A stretch of DNA of 64,000 nucleotides from the NCBI GenBank assembly GCA_963740315.1, contig CAVUDP010000002.1, forward strand, positions 2,432,001-2,496,000. The letters are read 5' to 3'. How positions within the stretch are numbered: position 1 is the stretch's first letter; every line of letters begins with the position of its first letter. A model generated the notes under the pieces. It did no database searches. It saw only the letters and a list, made by a program, of their open reading frames with translations, and had not been told where the DNA came from. Source of the stretch: an uncultured cyanobacterium. Its GTDB lineage: Bacteria; Cyanobacteriota; Cyanobacteriia; Cyanobacteriales; Nostocaceae. Below, one piece after another: positions 51,910-60,139 of this stretch. Position numbers and translations under genes: made by a program.

Positions 51910-52021
51910 AATTTTATTTCCTGTTTCAACATGGACGCTTACCTATTGATAGGTAATTATTCCTTTGCTTCGCGTCTATCATTAGAGTTAAATAAAATTT
52001 CTGTCAAAAGAAATACTCTTA

Positions 52022-52038
52022 TTTCACGCTGATTTCAT
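52022..52038 (+). promoter_or_regulatory. Degenerate CopR-type box
   Basis: TTTCACGCTGATTTCAT (one mismatch). Confidence 0.5.
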
Positions 52039-52121
52039 ATTTGTATGCATTCACGTTTTTATAGGTAATACAGCGAGTTTATTATTATCAAATTCTTGTT
52101 TATATCCAAATAAATTAATAT

Positions 52122-52310
52122 TTAAAACATTATAAGATATTTTTTAGAGATAAATAAATATTCACAAAATCTAAATTTACAACTTTTGTTATGCCTCCAA
52201 CTTCTAATAAAAAAAAGAGATGTTTTGTGGTTCATTTGCTGTGGTTTTTGGGGGTTAGAGTTTTTATTCATCATTTGTTGATGGTGTTGACGCATTTGTT
52301 CGGGAGTCAT
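52122..52310 (-). pseudogene. Fragment of small His/Met-rich protein
   Basis: MTPEQMRQHHQQMM..QQMNH, then low-complexity read-through. Confidence 0.4.
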
Positions 52311-52367
52311 CTTTTTGTGTCAACGTAACTTTAAAAGCTACAAATAAGTTGACACACAAATACGTAA

Positions 52368-52384
52368 TTTCATCTTGATTCCAT
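52368..52384 (+). promoter_or_regulatory. Degenerate CopR-type box
   Basis: TTTCATCTTGATTCCAT (one mismatch). Confidence 0.55.
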
Positions 52385-52447
52385 TTTTAGAGGTAATACT
52401 TATAAATGAACAAGCAATAATTCACTATATATTTCCCCAACTCAAGA

Positions 52448-52478
52448 TTGACTTTTTAGTTAGCTTGCGAGTTTAGGG
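52448..52478 (+). promoter_or_regulatory. MerR-type promoter/operator
   Basis: TTGACTTTTTAGTTAGCTTGCGAGTTTAGG; 23/28 identical to the 42269-42299 element. Confidence 0.65.
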
Positions 52479-52503
52479 CTGAAATTACTATGAGGTTTTA
52501 TTA

Positions 52504-53079
52504 ATGTTTAAATCTAATTCTAAATTGTTGCTTTCTTTAATCGCGGGTGTTGCTGTTGCAGGAGTAGCAGGGACATTCTGGTTTGGGGGAGTGGGAAACA
52601 ATACCCAAACAGTTGCTAACGATTCTCAAGCAATTGCGATGAACAGCATATGGGATAAAGAAACTGAACCTTCTTATTCCGGAGTCAAAGAAGTTACCGT
52701 TTATCGCAGTCCGAACTGTGGCTGTTGTGGTGAATGGGTGAAACATATGGAGAAGGACGGTTTTAAAATTACAGACATTAAAACCGACGATATGGAAGCA
52801 ATCAAGCAGAAATACAACGTACCTAAAAACTTAGCATCTTGTCATACCTCAGTTCTACTAGCCAGTTATGGTAAACAAGTACATCCTAGTACTAAACATA
52901 TTGAGATTTTTATTTTGCTTAGACTTGGAGAAGTTCCTGGAAAAGATTCAATTTTATGGACGATTAATAACTTGAATAGCAATTTTTCGGTTATGGATGT
53001 TAATTCTCAAAAACTGGTACAAAACTTTATGGAAGGAAAACAGACAATATTTCCTCTGCGACGCATAACTATCGGTTGA
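52504..53079 (+). pseudogene. DUF411 (CopG-like) metal-binding protein, truncated and fused to unrelated sequence
   Basis: VYRSPNCGCCGEW..H, LASCHT present; expected EGH.PA / GMP.G.PGM C-terminus absent after about 52850. Confidence 0.8.
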
Positions 53080-53211
53080 TTATCTAAAATAAACTGCATA
53101 ACCACAACGCCGCTCAGAGTTAAGAATTAATGACGGTTAAGGAAACTGCTCTGAGCCTTCTTTGTAGAAATGCTTGGTTAAATTTGCTTGGTCATTTAAT
53201 ATGCGCTCATA

Positions 53212-53430
53212 TACTAGTAACCATTCTCCGGCCTAAAGGCACGGAGCTTTATCCCCCTCCCCGTGCTACCCACAATAGAAAAGTGTACTTACATGGTTTG
53301 CGGAATTTCAGGCGCGGTTACGGTTCTAGAGGGTGTACTCACCCCCGCACCCCAAGACTCGTTTTTCGTTACTACTCGCAAGACAACTCGGTTACTAGCA
53401 AGCCTTGAGAAAGAGTCAATTCTCTGCGTT
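53212..53430. mobile_element. IS200/IS605-superfamily end / omegaRNA-like remnant (no ORF)
   Basis: Hairpin CTCCGGCCT-AA-AGGCACGGAG; GC-rich patch closed by CTAGTAACC/GGTTACTAG inverted repeat. Confidence 0.5.
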
Positions 53431-53530
53431 AAGCAATTTCACCGTGTTTTTATTCTACCACAATTTAATGTTAATCCGTCTTATAAAGACGGGGTTTCAA
53501 ACCAGCATGAGTTTCGATGATTATAAAAAG

Positions 53531-54928
53531 ATGACTAATCCATCAATATATTGGACGTTAGTAAGAATTAATGCTGCGGGAAATCGCCAAGTTCAGTCGA
53601 TTCCTACAGCAGAGACATTTTTTAACCAAGTATTTGCTAAGTTAATCGATGTCAGCAATACGAATAATAAGGATATTCAATTGCAACTGTTAAATTTATA
53701 TGGGGATGCATCTGATGATAAGAGCGTGAATGCTCAACGCTGTCTGCTGTGCTTTATTTCTTGGGAAATCGAAAAGGTTTGCTTGAATTTAGAAAAACAG
53801 TTTGGTACTGTTGGGGGTTTTACCAGTCGGGATTTACTTCCCTATGTACTTGATGATGATGGCAGGTTGCAGCCGAAAAGCTCTTATCAATGCTATTCTT
53901 TAGTAATTTTGCAAAGTTTTGATATCAATCAAAGTAGTTTATCATCGTGGACAAATAGGAAGGTAAAACAGCATCCGGCTTTAAGTAAATTTCTGCTGGA
54001 ATGTGGAATTTATCTTTTGAGTGATTGGGCAATTCTTAACGATACTCAGCCAAAGCAGTTGGAACGTATTTTAAGTCAATTTCATTCGTTAACTGTGACG
54101 GAAATTCAACACAATAAATGGTTGTTGTCAAGTTATCATACAGTTTATCGCGCCCAAAGGTTAGAGCAACATCGAGCTAGAAATAAAAGTAAATGTCAAC
54201 CACCAACTACACAACAATTACAGCAAATAGGGGATAAATTAAATAGTCTTAGTCGCGGCAAATCGAGCTTTTCTACAGATAATTTAATGGCACAATTGCA
54301 ACAGTTAGCTAAATATCTGCGGGAATATCGAATTCATGTTAGAGGTGGTTCTTTAGCTAGAGAATCCATAGATATTTCTAGTAATCACATTCCTGTTTCA
54401 AACAAGAATAATAACGAGGAAGAAAATCAAACCAGCGAATTTTTAAAATTATATCGTCCCCAGTTTATAGAATGTTTGGATAATGCTTTGGCTACCGTTA
54501 CGCAAACAAGAGTAAATAAAATGCAGCGTAAAGATGTTGTCAAAGCGTCAAAATTTATCAAAGCATTAAAATTATTTCACTGTCAGGGGTTATCGATGAC
54601 AGAAATAGCTAAACGAATAGAGATGAAAGCCCAGTTTCAAGTAACTCGTTTACTCAAATTGAAAGAGTTTCGCGCTGATGTCACCCACGAACTTTTGCTA
54701 ATGTTAAAAACTCGGGTTTTGGAATTAGCACAGAATTATTCTTCTCTGGAAAAGTTACAAGTTTTAGAATCACAAATTACTATTGCGCTGACGGAACAAG
54801 TTACTAATTTGATGACTGAAGCAGAAATAGAAGCTGCTAGTTCGAGAAGTGATTTAAGTATGAGTAGATTTTCTTCGAGATTATGTAAGTATTTAGATTC
54901 AGGGAACAGCGATCGACAAAAATATTAA
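53531..54928 (+). CDS. Conserved cyanobacterial hypothetical protein with sigma-region-4-like C-terminus (DUF1822-associated)
   Basis: YW.LVRI.AAG, DLLPYVLDDDG, SDWAILNDT, LFHCQGLSMTEIA..AQFQVTRLLKLK. Confidence 0.75.
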   Translation: MTNPSIYWTLVRINAAGNRQVQSIPTAETFFNQVFAKLIDVSNTNNKDIQLQLLNLYGDASDDKSVNAQRCLLCFISWEIEKVCLNLEKQFGTVGGFTSRDLLPYVLDDDGRLQPKSSYQCYSLVILQSFDINQSSLSSWTNRKVKQHPALSKFLLECGIYLLSDWAILNDTQPKQLERILSQFHSLTVTEIQHNKWLLSSYHTVYRAQRLEQHRARNKSKCQPPTTQQLQQIGDKLNSLSRGKSSFSTDNLMAQLQQLAKYLREYRIHVRGGSLARESIDISSNHIPVSNKNNNEEENQTSEFLKLYRPQFIECLDNALATVTQTRVNKMQRKDVVKASKFIKALKLFHCQGLSMTEIAKRIEMKAQFQVTRLLKLKEFRADVTHELLLMLKTRVLELAQNYSSLEKLQVLESQITIALTEQVTNLMTEAEIEAASSRSDLSMSRFSSRLCKYLDSGNSDRQKY

Positions 54929-54977
54929 AGATAAACAAAAAATATTAATTAATTCAGCAAATATCAATAATAGCAAA

Positions 54978-56318
54978 ATGACTAACTTATCAACAGAAAT
55001 ATTACCAATGACTCTAGAATTTGAACAGTTACCACCAGAAGCAATTACCCTATCGCAATCGCAAATCGATCGAGCGGTAGAATTAAGCAATCAAATTAAA
55101 GATGAATCGAAACAATGGCAAACTTATTTAAATGCTTTAAGTTTATCTGCTTTTGAAATTTGGTTGGAATCAAGAGGTAGTTCTTTTGATATAAATCGTG
55201 ATGAATGTACTGTTTTAGAACCAGGTTTAGCAAATTTAATTCCCGTAGTCGCTAATTTAAAGGTTGGTGAATATAAAGTTTGTCTAATTACCACCGGGAG
55301 TTTCATCGACGAACAAGTTGATCTATCTAAAATAGTTGTAGATTTACCGGAATATATTCCTCATTTTTACGTTTTAGTCGAAGTTATAGAGTCAGAAGAA
55401 AAAGCTGTTATTAAAGGATTTTTATCTTACAAAGAATTATCATCAAGACAGCAAAACGTGAATTTAGAACCGGATTATGATTGGACATACTCCATACCAT
55501 TAACTTGGTTTTGTAACGAACCAGATAGATTATTATTATATTTAAAATGTTTGGAACCAGCAGCAATTGCTTTACCCGCAATACCCGCAAACCGAGTTGA
55601 AAATTTAGAATTAGTTAAAGAAGAACTTATACAAATATTACCACAATTACGAACAAAAGAGATAAAGGAAGTCTTGACATGGAATAGCGCAATCGCCATT
55701 TTTACAACTTCAGAATTAATCGATTGGATATACAACTTACAAACCCAAGAAGAAACATTATCCACAACATCTATACAAGAACATTTATCAGATATATTCA
55801 AATTAATTACCCAACCAGCAATTAATGTCGGACGTTGGTTGTGGGATGAATTAGATACATTAGCGGAAGAAACTTGGAATTTATTACCGAATATTGCACC
55901 ACAGCCAGTAATGCGAAGTCCTGTAGAAGAATTTACAGTAATTAGCTCGCAACTGCAACAACAAGGCTTAGAAATACCCGTTCAAGCGCGGGTTGGTTAT
56001 CAGGATTTATCTTTAGCTGGTGTTCCCTTGAGGTTATATGCAGTCACTTGGCATCTGCTATCAGAATCCGACCCCAATTCATGGACATTGTTGTTAATAT
56101 TAGGTACTCCAGCTTTAGAAAGTTTACCAACAAATTTAAAATTAAGAGTAAGCGATCAAACTTGTGTTTTAGTGGAACAAGAAGTGAATCCAGAATTGGG
56201 GAATAGTTATTTATTTACTAGGGTTGTTGGGAATTTTGATGAAAAGTTTTTGGTGAGTGTAAGTTTGGGGGATGGTGTTGAGGTGAGTTTGCCTTTTGCG
56301 TTTGATATGAGTCGTTAA
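54978..56318 (+). CDS. DUF1822 family protein
   Basis: WQTYLNAL..F..WL, DLPEYIPHFYVLVEV, INVGRWL, LKLRVSD. Confidence 0.88.
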   Translation: MTNLSTEILPMTLEFEQLPPEAITLSQSQIDRAVELSNQIKDESKQWQTYLNALSLSAFEIWLESRGSSFDINRDECTVLEPGLANLIPVVANLKVGEYKVCLITTGSFIDEQVDLSKIVVDLPEYIPHFYVLVEVIESEEKAVIKGFLSYKELSSRQQNVNLEPDYDWTYSIPLTWFCNEPDRLLLYLKCLEPAAIALPAIPANRVENLELVKEELIQILPQLRTKEIKEVLTWNSAIAIFTTSELIDWIYNLQTQEETLSTTSIQEHLSDIFKLITQPAINVGRWLWDELDTLAEETWNLLPNIAPQPVMRSPVEEFTVISSQLQQQGLEIPVQARVGYQDLSLAGVPLRLYAVTWHLLSESDPNSWTLLLILGTPALESLPTNLKLRVSDQTCVLVEQEVNPELGNSYLFTRVVGNFDEKFLVSVSLGDGVEVSLPFAFDMSR

Positions 56319-56432
56319 CCTCACCCCTAACCCTCTCCTTGTCAAGGAGAAGGGGAATAATAATTGTAGGGTGTGTATGTTATCGTTTTGCCGTAACGCA
56401 CCATCAACAATCTAATTAATAATAAATAATTT

Positions 56433-57053
56433 TCATATCTCAACATTGCCCGCTGCAAATATCTGATTAGCGGTTAAATTTAATTCTGGGAAAGTAGGAG
56501 AAACAATATTTTCGTTATCTTGGAACTGATTAACCTGATATTCGTTATCAATTAACTGATAAATTGAGATAGTCGGCTGTTTGGGATTGCCTATAAATTT
56601 GCGTCCACCTAATCCTAAATAATCCACAATCCAATATTCGGGAATACCAATTTCCTCGTATTCACCAAGTTTTCTGTAGTAATCGTCGCGCCAATTAGTA
56701 CTGACAACTTCTATAACCAAAGGAATTGATGCTCCAAATTCAACCGTAGAATATTTCTTCCAAAGAGGCTCCGAAGATAAATTAGGACGATTTAAAAGCA
56801 ACACGTCGGGAGAGTAAGAAGATTCACTGCTACGACATCTAACTAAAGCTTGCTTGGGAATAAAATAGGGAAGTTTTAACCGTTTGATTTCCACAGATAT
56901 TTCCAACGCTGCAAAACCAATAACCTCTTCATGTCCTCCTATCGGTTGCGACATCTCAACAATTGCTCCATTATGCAATTCGTAACGTGTGTCTTCCGGC
57001 TTCCACTCTAAGAATTCTTCAACTGTTACTAGTTTTTCTGCGATTTGTGTCAT
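56433..57053 (-). CDS. Uma2 family endonuclease-like protein
   Basis: RYELHNG.IVEM, PDV, LVIEVVSTNWRDDY, GIPEYWIVD. Confidence 0.92.
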   Translation of the reverse strand: MTQIAEKLVTVEEFLEWKPEDTRYELHNGAIVEMSQPIGGHEEVIGFAALEISVEIKRLKLPYFIPKQALVRCRSSESSYSPDVLLLNRPNLSSEPLWKKYSTVEFGASIPLVIEVVSTNWRDDYYRKLGEYEEIGIPEYWIVDYLGLGGRKFIGNPKQPTISIYQLIDNEYQVNQFQDNENIVSPTFPELNLTANQIFAAGNVEI

Positions 57054-57340
57054 AAGATTTTCTATTATTAATAATTGTAGGGGAGTTCTTAAGTTTATTT
57101 TGGCAAAATTTTAGATAATTAGATAATACCTGGCGGTTGAACCGCACGCCATTTGCTACGTACTGCGGAGACTGGGAGCAACGCAATGGCTTGTCTACAC
57201 AGGCAAAGTCTGAGGTTGCGGACTTTAAATATTTTCTAACTAATTGTAAGGTGTGTTAGGCAATCTAATCATTGGAGCCGTAACTACTAGAGGTAGAACC
57301 TCTATATTGGCATTACAAGCGAGGTTTCTTGTGATGAGAA

Positions 57341-58267
57341 TTAAGACAACTTATTATCCTCTTTCACCAACTTCAAAAATATTTGCGTCAAATCGGCTTC
57401 TGCTTTTTCAACAACTTTTAATTCTAAAGGTTTAATTAGATCGAAGACTTGATAAATCAATTCTGGTTGACTTAGATAAATAATTCTTCTTCGTTCAACT
57501 TCTACACCAATTTTGTCTAACTTTGCAATTCTACCTTCATCCAATACAGATTCCATTTCAATTTTATAAGCTTTACCAGAAAACTTACGAATCAATTCAT
57601 CGGTTGGTAACTCCGTAATAATTTCACCCCTTTGAATAATCGCAATGCGATCGGCAAGTTGTTCGGCAATATCGAGTTGATGAGTTGTTAACAGAATCGC
57701 GCAACCAGATGCAGCAATTTCTCGGATTAATATTTTTACATCTTCCGTTGCTTCCACATCAAGCCCTAAAGTGGGTTCATCTAATAATAAAACTTGCGGT
57801 TGATGAACTAATGCCACAGCAAAAGCTAATTTCTGCTGCATTCCTCGCGAAAGTTGCTGTACTGCGGTACGGCGTTTTTGCTGCAAACCAAATTTTTCTA
57901 AAAGGGCGATTCCCGATTTCCGCGCTTGAGAGTGAGTAAGTCCTTTTAATACTCCAAAATATTCCAAATTCTCTTGAGGAGTCAATCGCCAGTAAACGTT
58001 TCGATTTCCTTCTAAAACAGCACCAAGATTCTCTAATGCATTAGGATTTTGGTGAGGATTTATTCCCGATATTTTTGTCCAACCTGCATCCGGTTTAATT
58101 AATCCCGCCATCATTTTAATACTTGTGGTTTTACCCGCACCGTTAGGACCTAAAAAAGCTACTACTTCCCCAAATCCAATATTTAAAGAAACGTTTTTTA
58201 CTGCTGCTACTATTTGTTTTTTTAAACGGTAAGTTTTTTTCAGATTACAAGCTTCCAGAGCAATCAT
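57341..58267 (-). CDS. ABC-2 type exporter ATP-binding subunit
   Basis: GPNGAGKT, LSRGMQQK, LLLDEPT, TTH. Confidence 0.93.
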   Translation of the reverse strand: MIALEACNLKKTYRLKKQIVAAVKNVSLNIGFGEVVAFLGPNGAGKTTSIKMMAGLIKPDAGWTKISGINPHQNPNALENLGAVLEGNRNVYWRLTPQENLEYFGVLKGLTHSQARKSGIALLEKFGLQQKRRTAVQQLSRGMQQKLAFAVALVHQPQVLLLDEPTLGLDVEATEDVKILIREIAASGCAILLTTHQLDIAEQLADRIAIIQRGEIITELPTDELIRKFSGKAYKIEMESVLDEGRIAKLDKIGVEVERRRIIYLSQPELIYQVFDLIKPLELKVVEKAEADLTQIFLKLVKEDNKLS

Positions 58268-58376
58268 ATTGGTAATTTATTGATAAAAAAATCATAGCCC
58301 CCCTTCATAAGAGGATGTTTTCCAAGTATCGTTATCGTTAAGGATTATCCACTTCCCCCATTAAAAAATTGGGCTA

Positions 58377-58409
58377 TAGCCCCCCTTCATAAGGGGGTTG
58401 GGGGGATCT
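58377..58409. repeat. SDR palindrome CCCCCTT..AAGGGGG..GGGGGATC
   Basis: Related copies at about 19238-19270, 44822-44853 and partial at 58296-58314. Confidence 0.7.
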
Positions 58410-58481
58410 AATTGTGTTAAATACAGTTTTTTTTAATTACTCCTGCCTAATTTTTATAGATAAAAAGGGCTTAAGCCCTTA

Positions 58482-58643
58482 CTACGAACTTGATTTAATT
58501 AACAACTTTTGACGAATATCAATTAATTCGGTTTCAACTCCATTCCATTTTTCAACTTGTTCGTACACAAACTTTGCTACAGGTTCGCTCATTCTACCTT
58601 GACGAGTGGTACCAAGGATAACCGGGATAAAAATATTACTCAT
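58482..58643 (-). pseudogene. N-terminal fragment of NADPH-dependent FMN reductase
   Basis: Hand translation MSNIFIPVILGTTRQGRMSEPVAKFV..ETELIDIR then stop at 53 aa. Confidence 0.72.
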
Positions 58644-58949
58644 GTTTACCTGTTTTTATTCGCAAACATTAAAAAAATATACTTAAATCAATTAAATAGA
58701 AATATTTGTTGATTTATTTTCATGTTTGCATATCCGTTTTACTGCCATCATTAACATAGCTACTTGCTTGATGATTTTTTTAGTCAGGATAAAAATTTAC
58801 GTATTTACAGGCATTAAGATAGATGCAAGTCAATTTTTTTACTTTCAACGCGCTTTTATAGCCAATGTGTTTTATATTTTGATTTTTAAGATTGACAATA
58901 TAATTTGATAAACTTACTACCCGTAAATTCTAAGAAGGTTAATACAGAT

Positions 58950-59762
58950 ATGAGTTCTTATCTAGCAGCTGCGATCCAAATGACAAGCGTGCCCGATTTA
59001 CAAAAGAATTTGGCACAGGCTGAGGAATTAATTGATGTAGCCGTGCGTCGAGGTGCCCAACTCGTGGGTTTACCGGAAAATTTTTCGTTCATGGGAGAAG
59101 AAAAAGACAAGCTTGCACAAGCCGAAGCTATTGGTAAAGAAACTCAAATATTTCTCAAAAAAATGGCGCTGCGTTACCAAGTTAATCTGATTGGTGGTGG
59201 TTTCCCCGTTCCTTCTGGTGAAATTGATAAAGTTTATAATACCGCTTCGCTGATAGATTCCAACGGTGAGGAATTATTGTGCTATCACAAAGTACATTTA
59301 TTCGATGTGAATGTCCCCGACGGGAATACTTATCGAGAATCCAGCACCGTAATGGCAGGTTCGGAACTACCTCCAGTCTACTCCTCGAAAACACTGGGAA
59401 ATATCGGACTTTCAGTTTGCTATGACGTTCGCTTCCCCGAAGTTTATAGACATCTATCAAAAGAGGGTGCCGATGTAATGTTTGTCCCCGCAGCTTTTAC
59501 CGCCTTTACTGGTAAAGATCACTGGCAAGTATTATTACAAGCCCGTGCCATTGAAAACACTTGCTATATTATTGCTCCAGCCCAGACAGGCGTACATTAT
59601 AACCGTCGTCAAACCCACGGACATGCTATGATTATTGACCCCTGGGGAATAATTTTAGCCGATGCTGGCGACCAACCGGGAGTGGCGATCGCCGAAATTA
59701 ATACCGCCAGAATCGAGCAAGTCCGCCGTCAAATGCCAAGTCTGCTACATCGAGTATTTTAA
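58950..59762 (+). CDS. Carbon-nitrogen hydrolase, Nit1-like (deaminated glutathione amidase)
   Basis: LPENF, YHKVHLFDV, VCYDVRFPE, PAAFT..TG..HW, ARAIEN. Confidence 0.92.
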   Translation: MSSYLAAAIQMTSVPDLQKNLAQAEELIDVAVRRGAQLVGLPENFSFMGEEKDKLAQAEAIGKETQIFLKKMALRYQVNLIGGGFPVPSGEIDKVYNTASLIDSNGEELLCYHKVHLFDVNVPDGNTYRESSTVMAGSELPPVYSSKTLGNIGLSVCYDVRFPEVYRHLSKEGADVMFVPAAFTAFTGKDHWQVLLQARAIENTCYIIAPAQTGVHYNRRQTHGHAMIIDPWGIILADAGDQPGVAIAEINTARIEQVRRQMPSLLHRVF

Positions 59763-59810
59763 CTAATTATAAAAGTCAAGCAACCGTTTTAAATAATTCG
59801 TAAAAATTAA

Positions 59811-59850
59811 AAAACCTGGTATCTCAAAGATATCGGGTTTTTGTTTTTTT
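59811..59850 (+). terminator. Intrinsic terminator
   Basis: AAAACCTGGTATCT-CAA-AGATATCGGGTTTT hairpin plus T-tract. Confidence 0.65.
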
Positions 59851-60139
59851 AATTACATTAATTAAAATATTATTTCCCAATTCCCTAATCCCTACTCCCT
59901 ACTCCCTAATAAATTGTATCAACAAATCAATATTTAAAGCTACGTTTGTTTGTTCTTAACTTGAGAATTTTACTGTATTAACGCCACAGTTTTAGATCGG
60001 GGTCATCGCGGAAACAAGTCCGAATTCTTCTCATAAAAAGAAGTATGAGGTTAATACCTAAAAATTCCATCCTCGGTGACAAATTTATAATCTGCCTCGA
60101 TAAATCTTACAACCTAAAAAACTTACTATGTATAAGCTA

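Noticed and set aside
53090..53430. Cas12k (CAST) tracrRNA or CRISPR leader
   Set aside because: No cas12k, tns genes or repeats nearby; resemblance limited to a short ACGCCGC start.
53130..53520. ORFs 53130-53408 and 53263-53520 and the 53405 start
   Set aside because: Run across the structured non-coding remnant with no recognisable motifs; ATG 53531 fits better.
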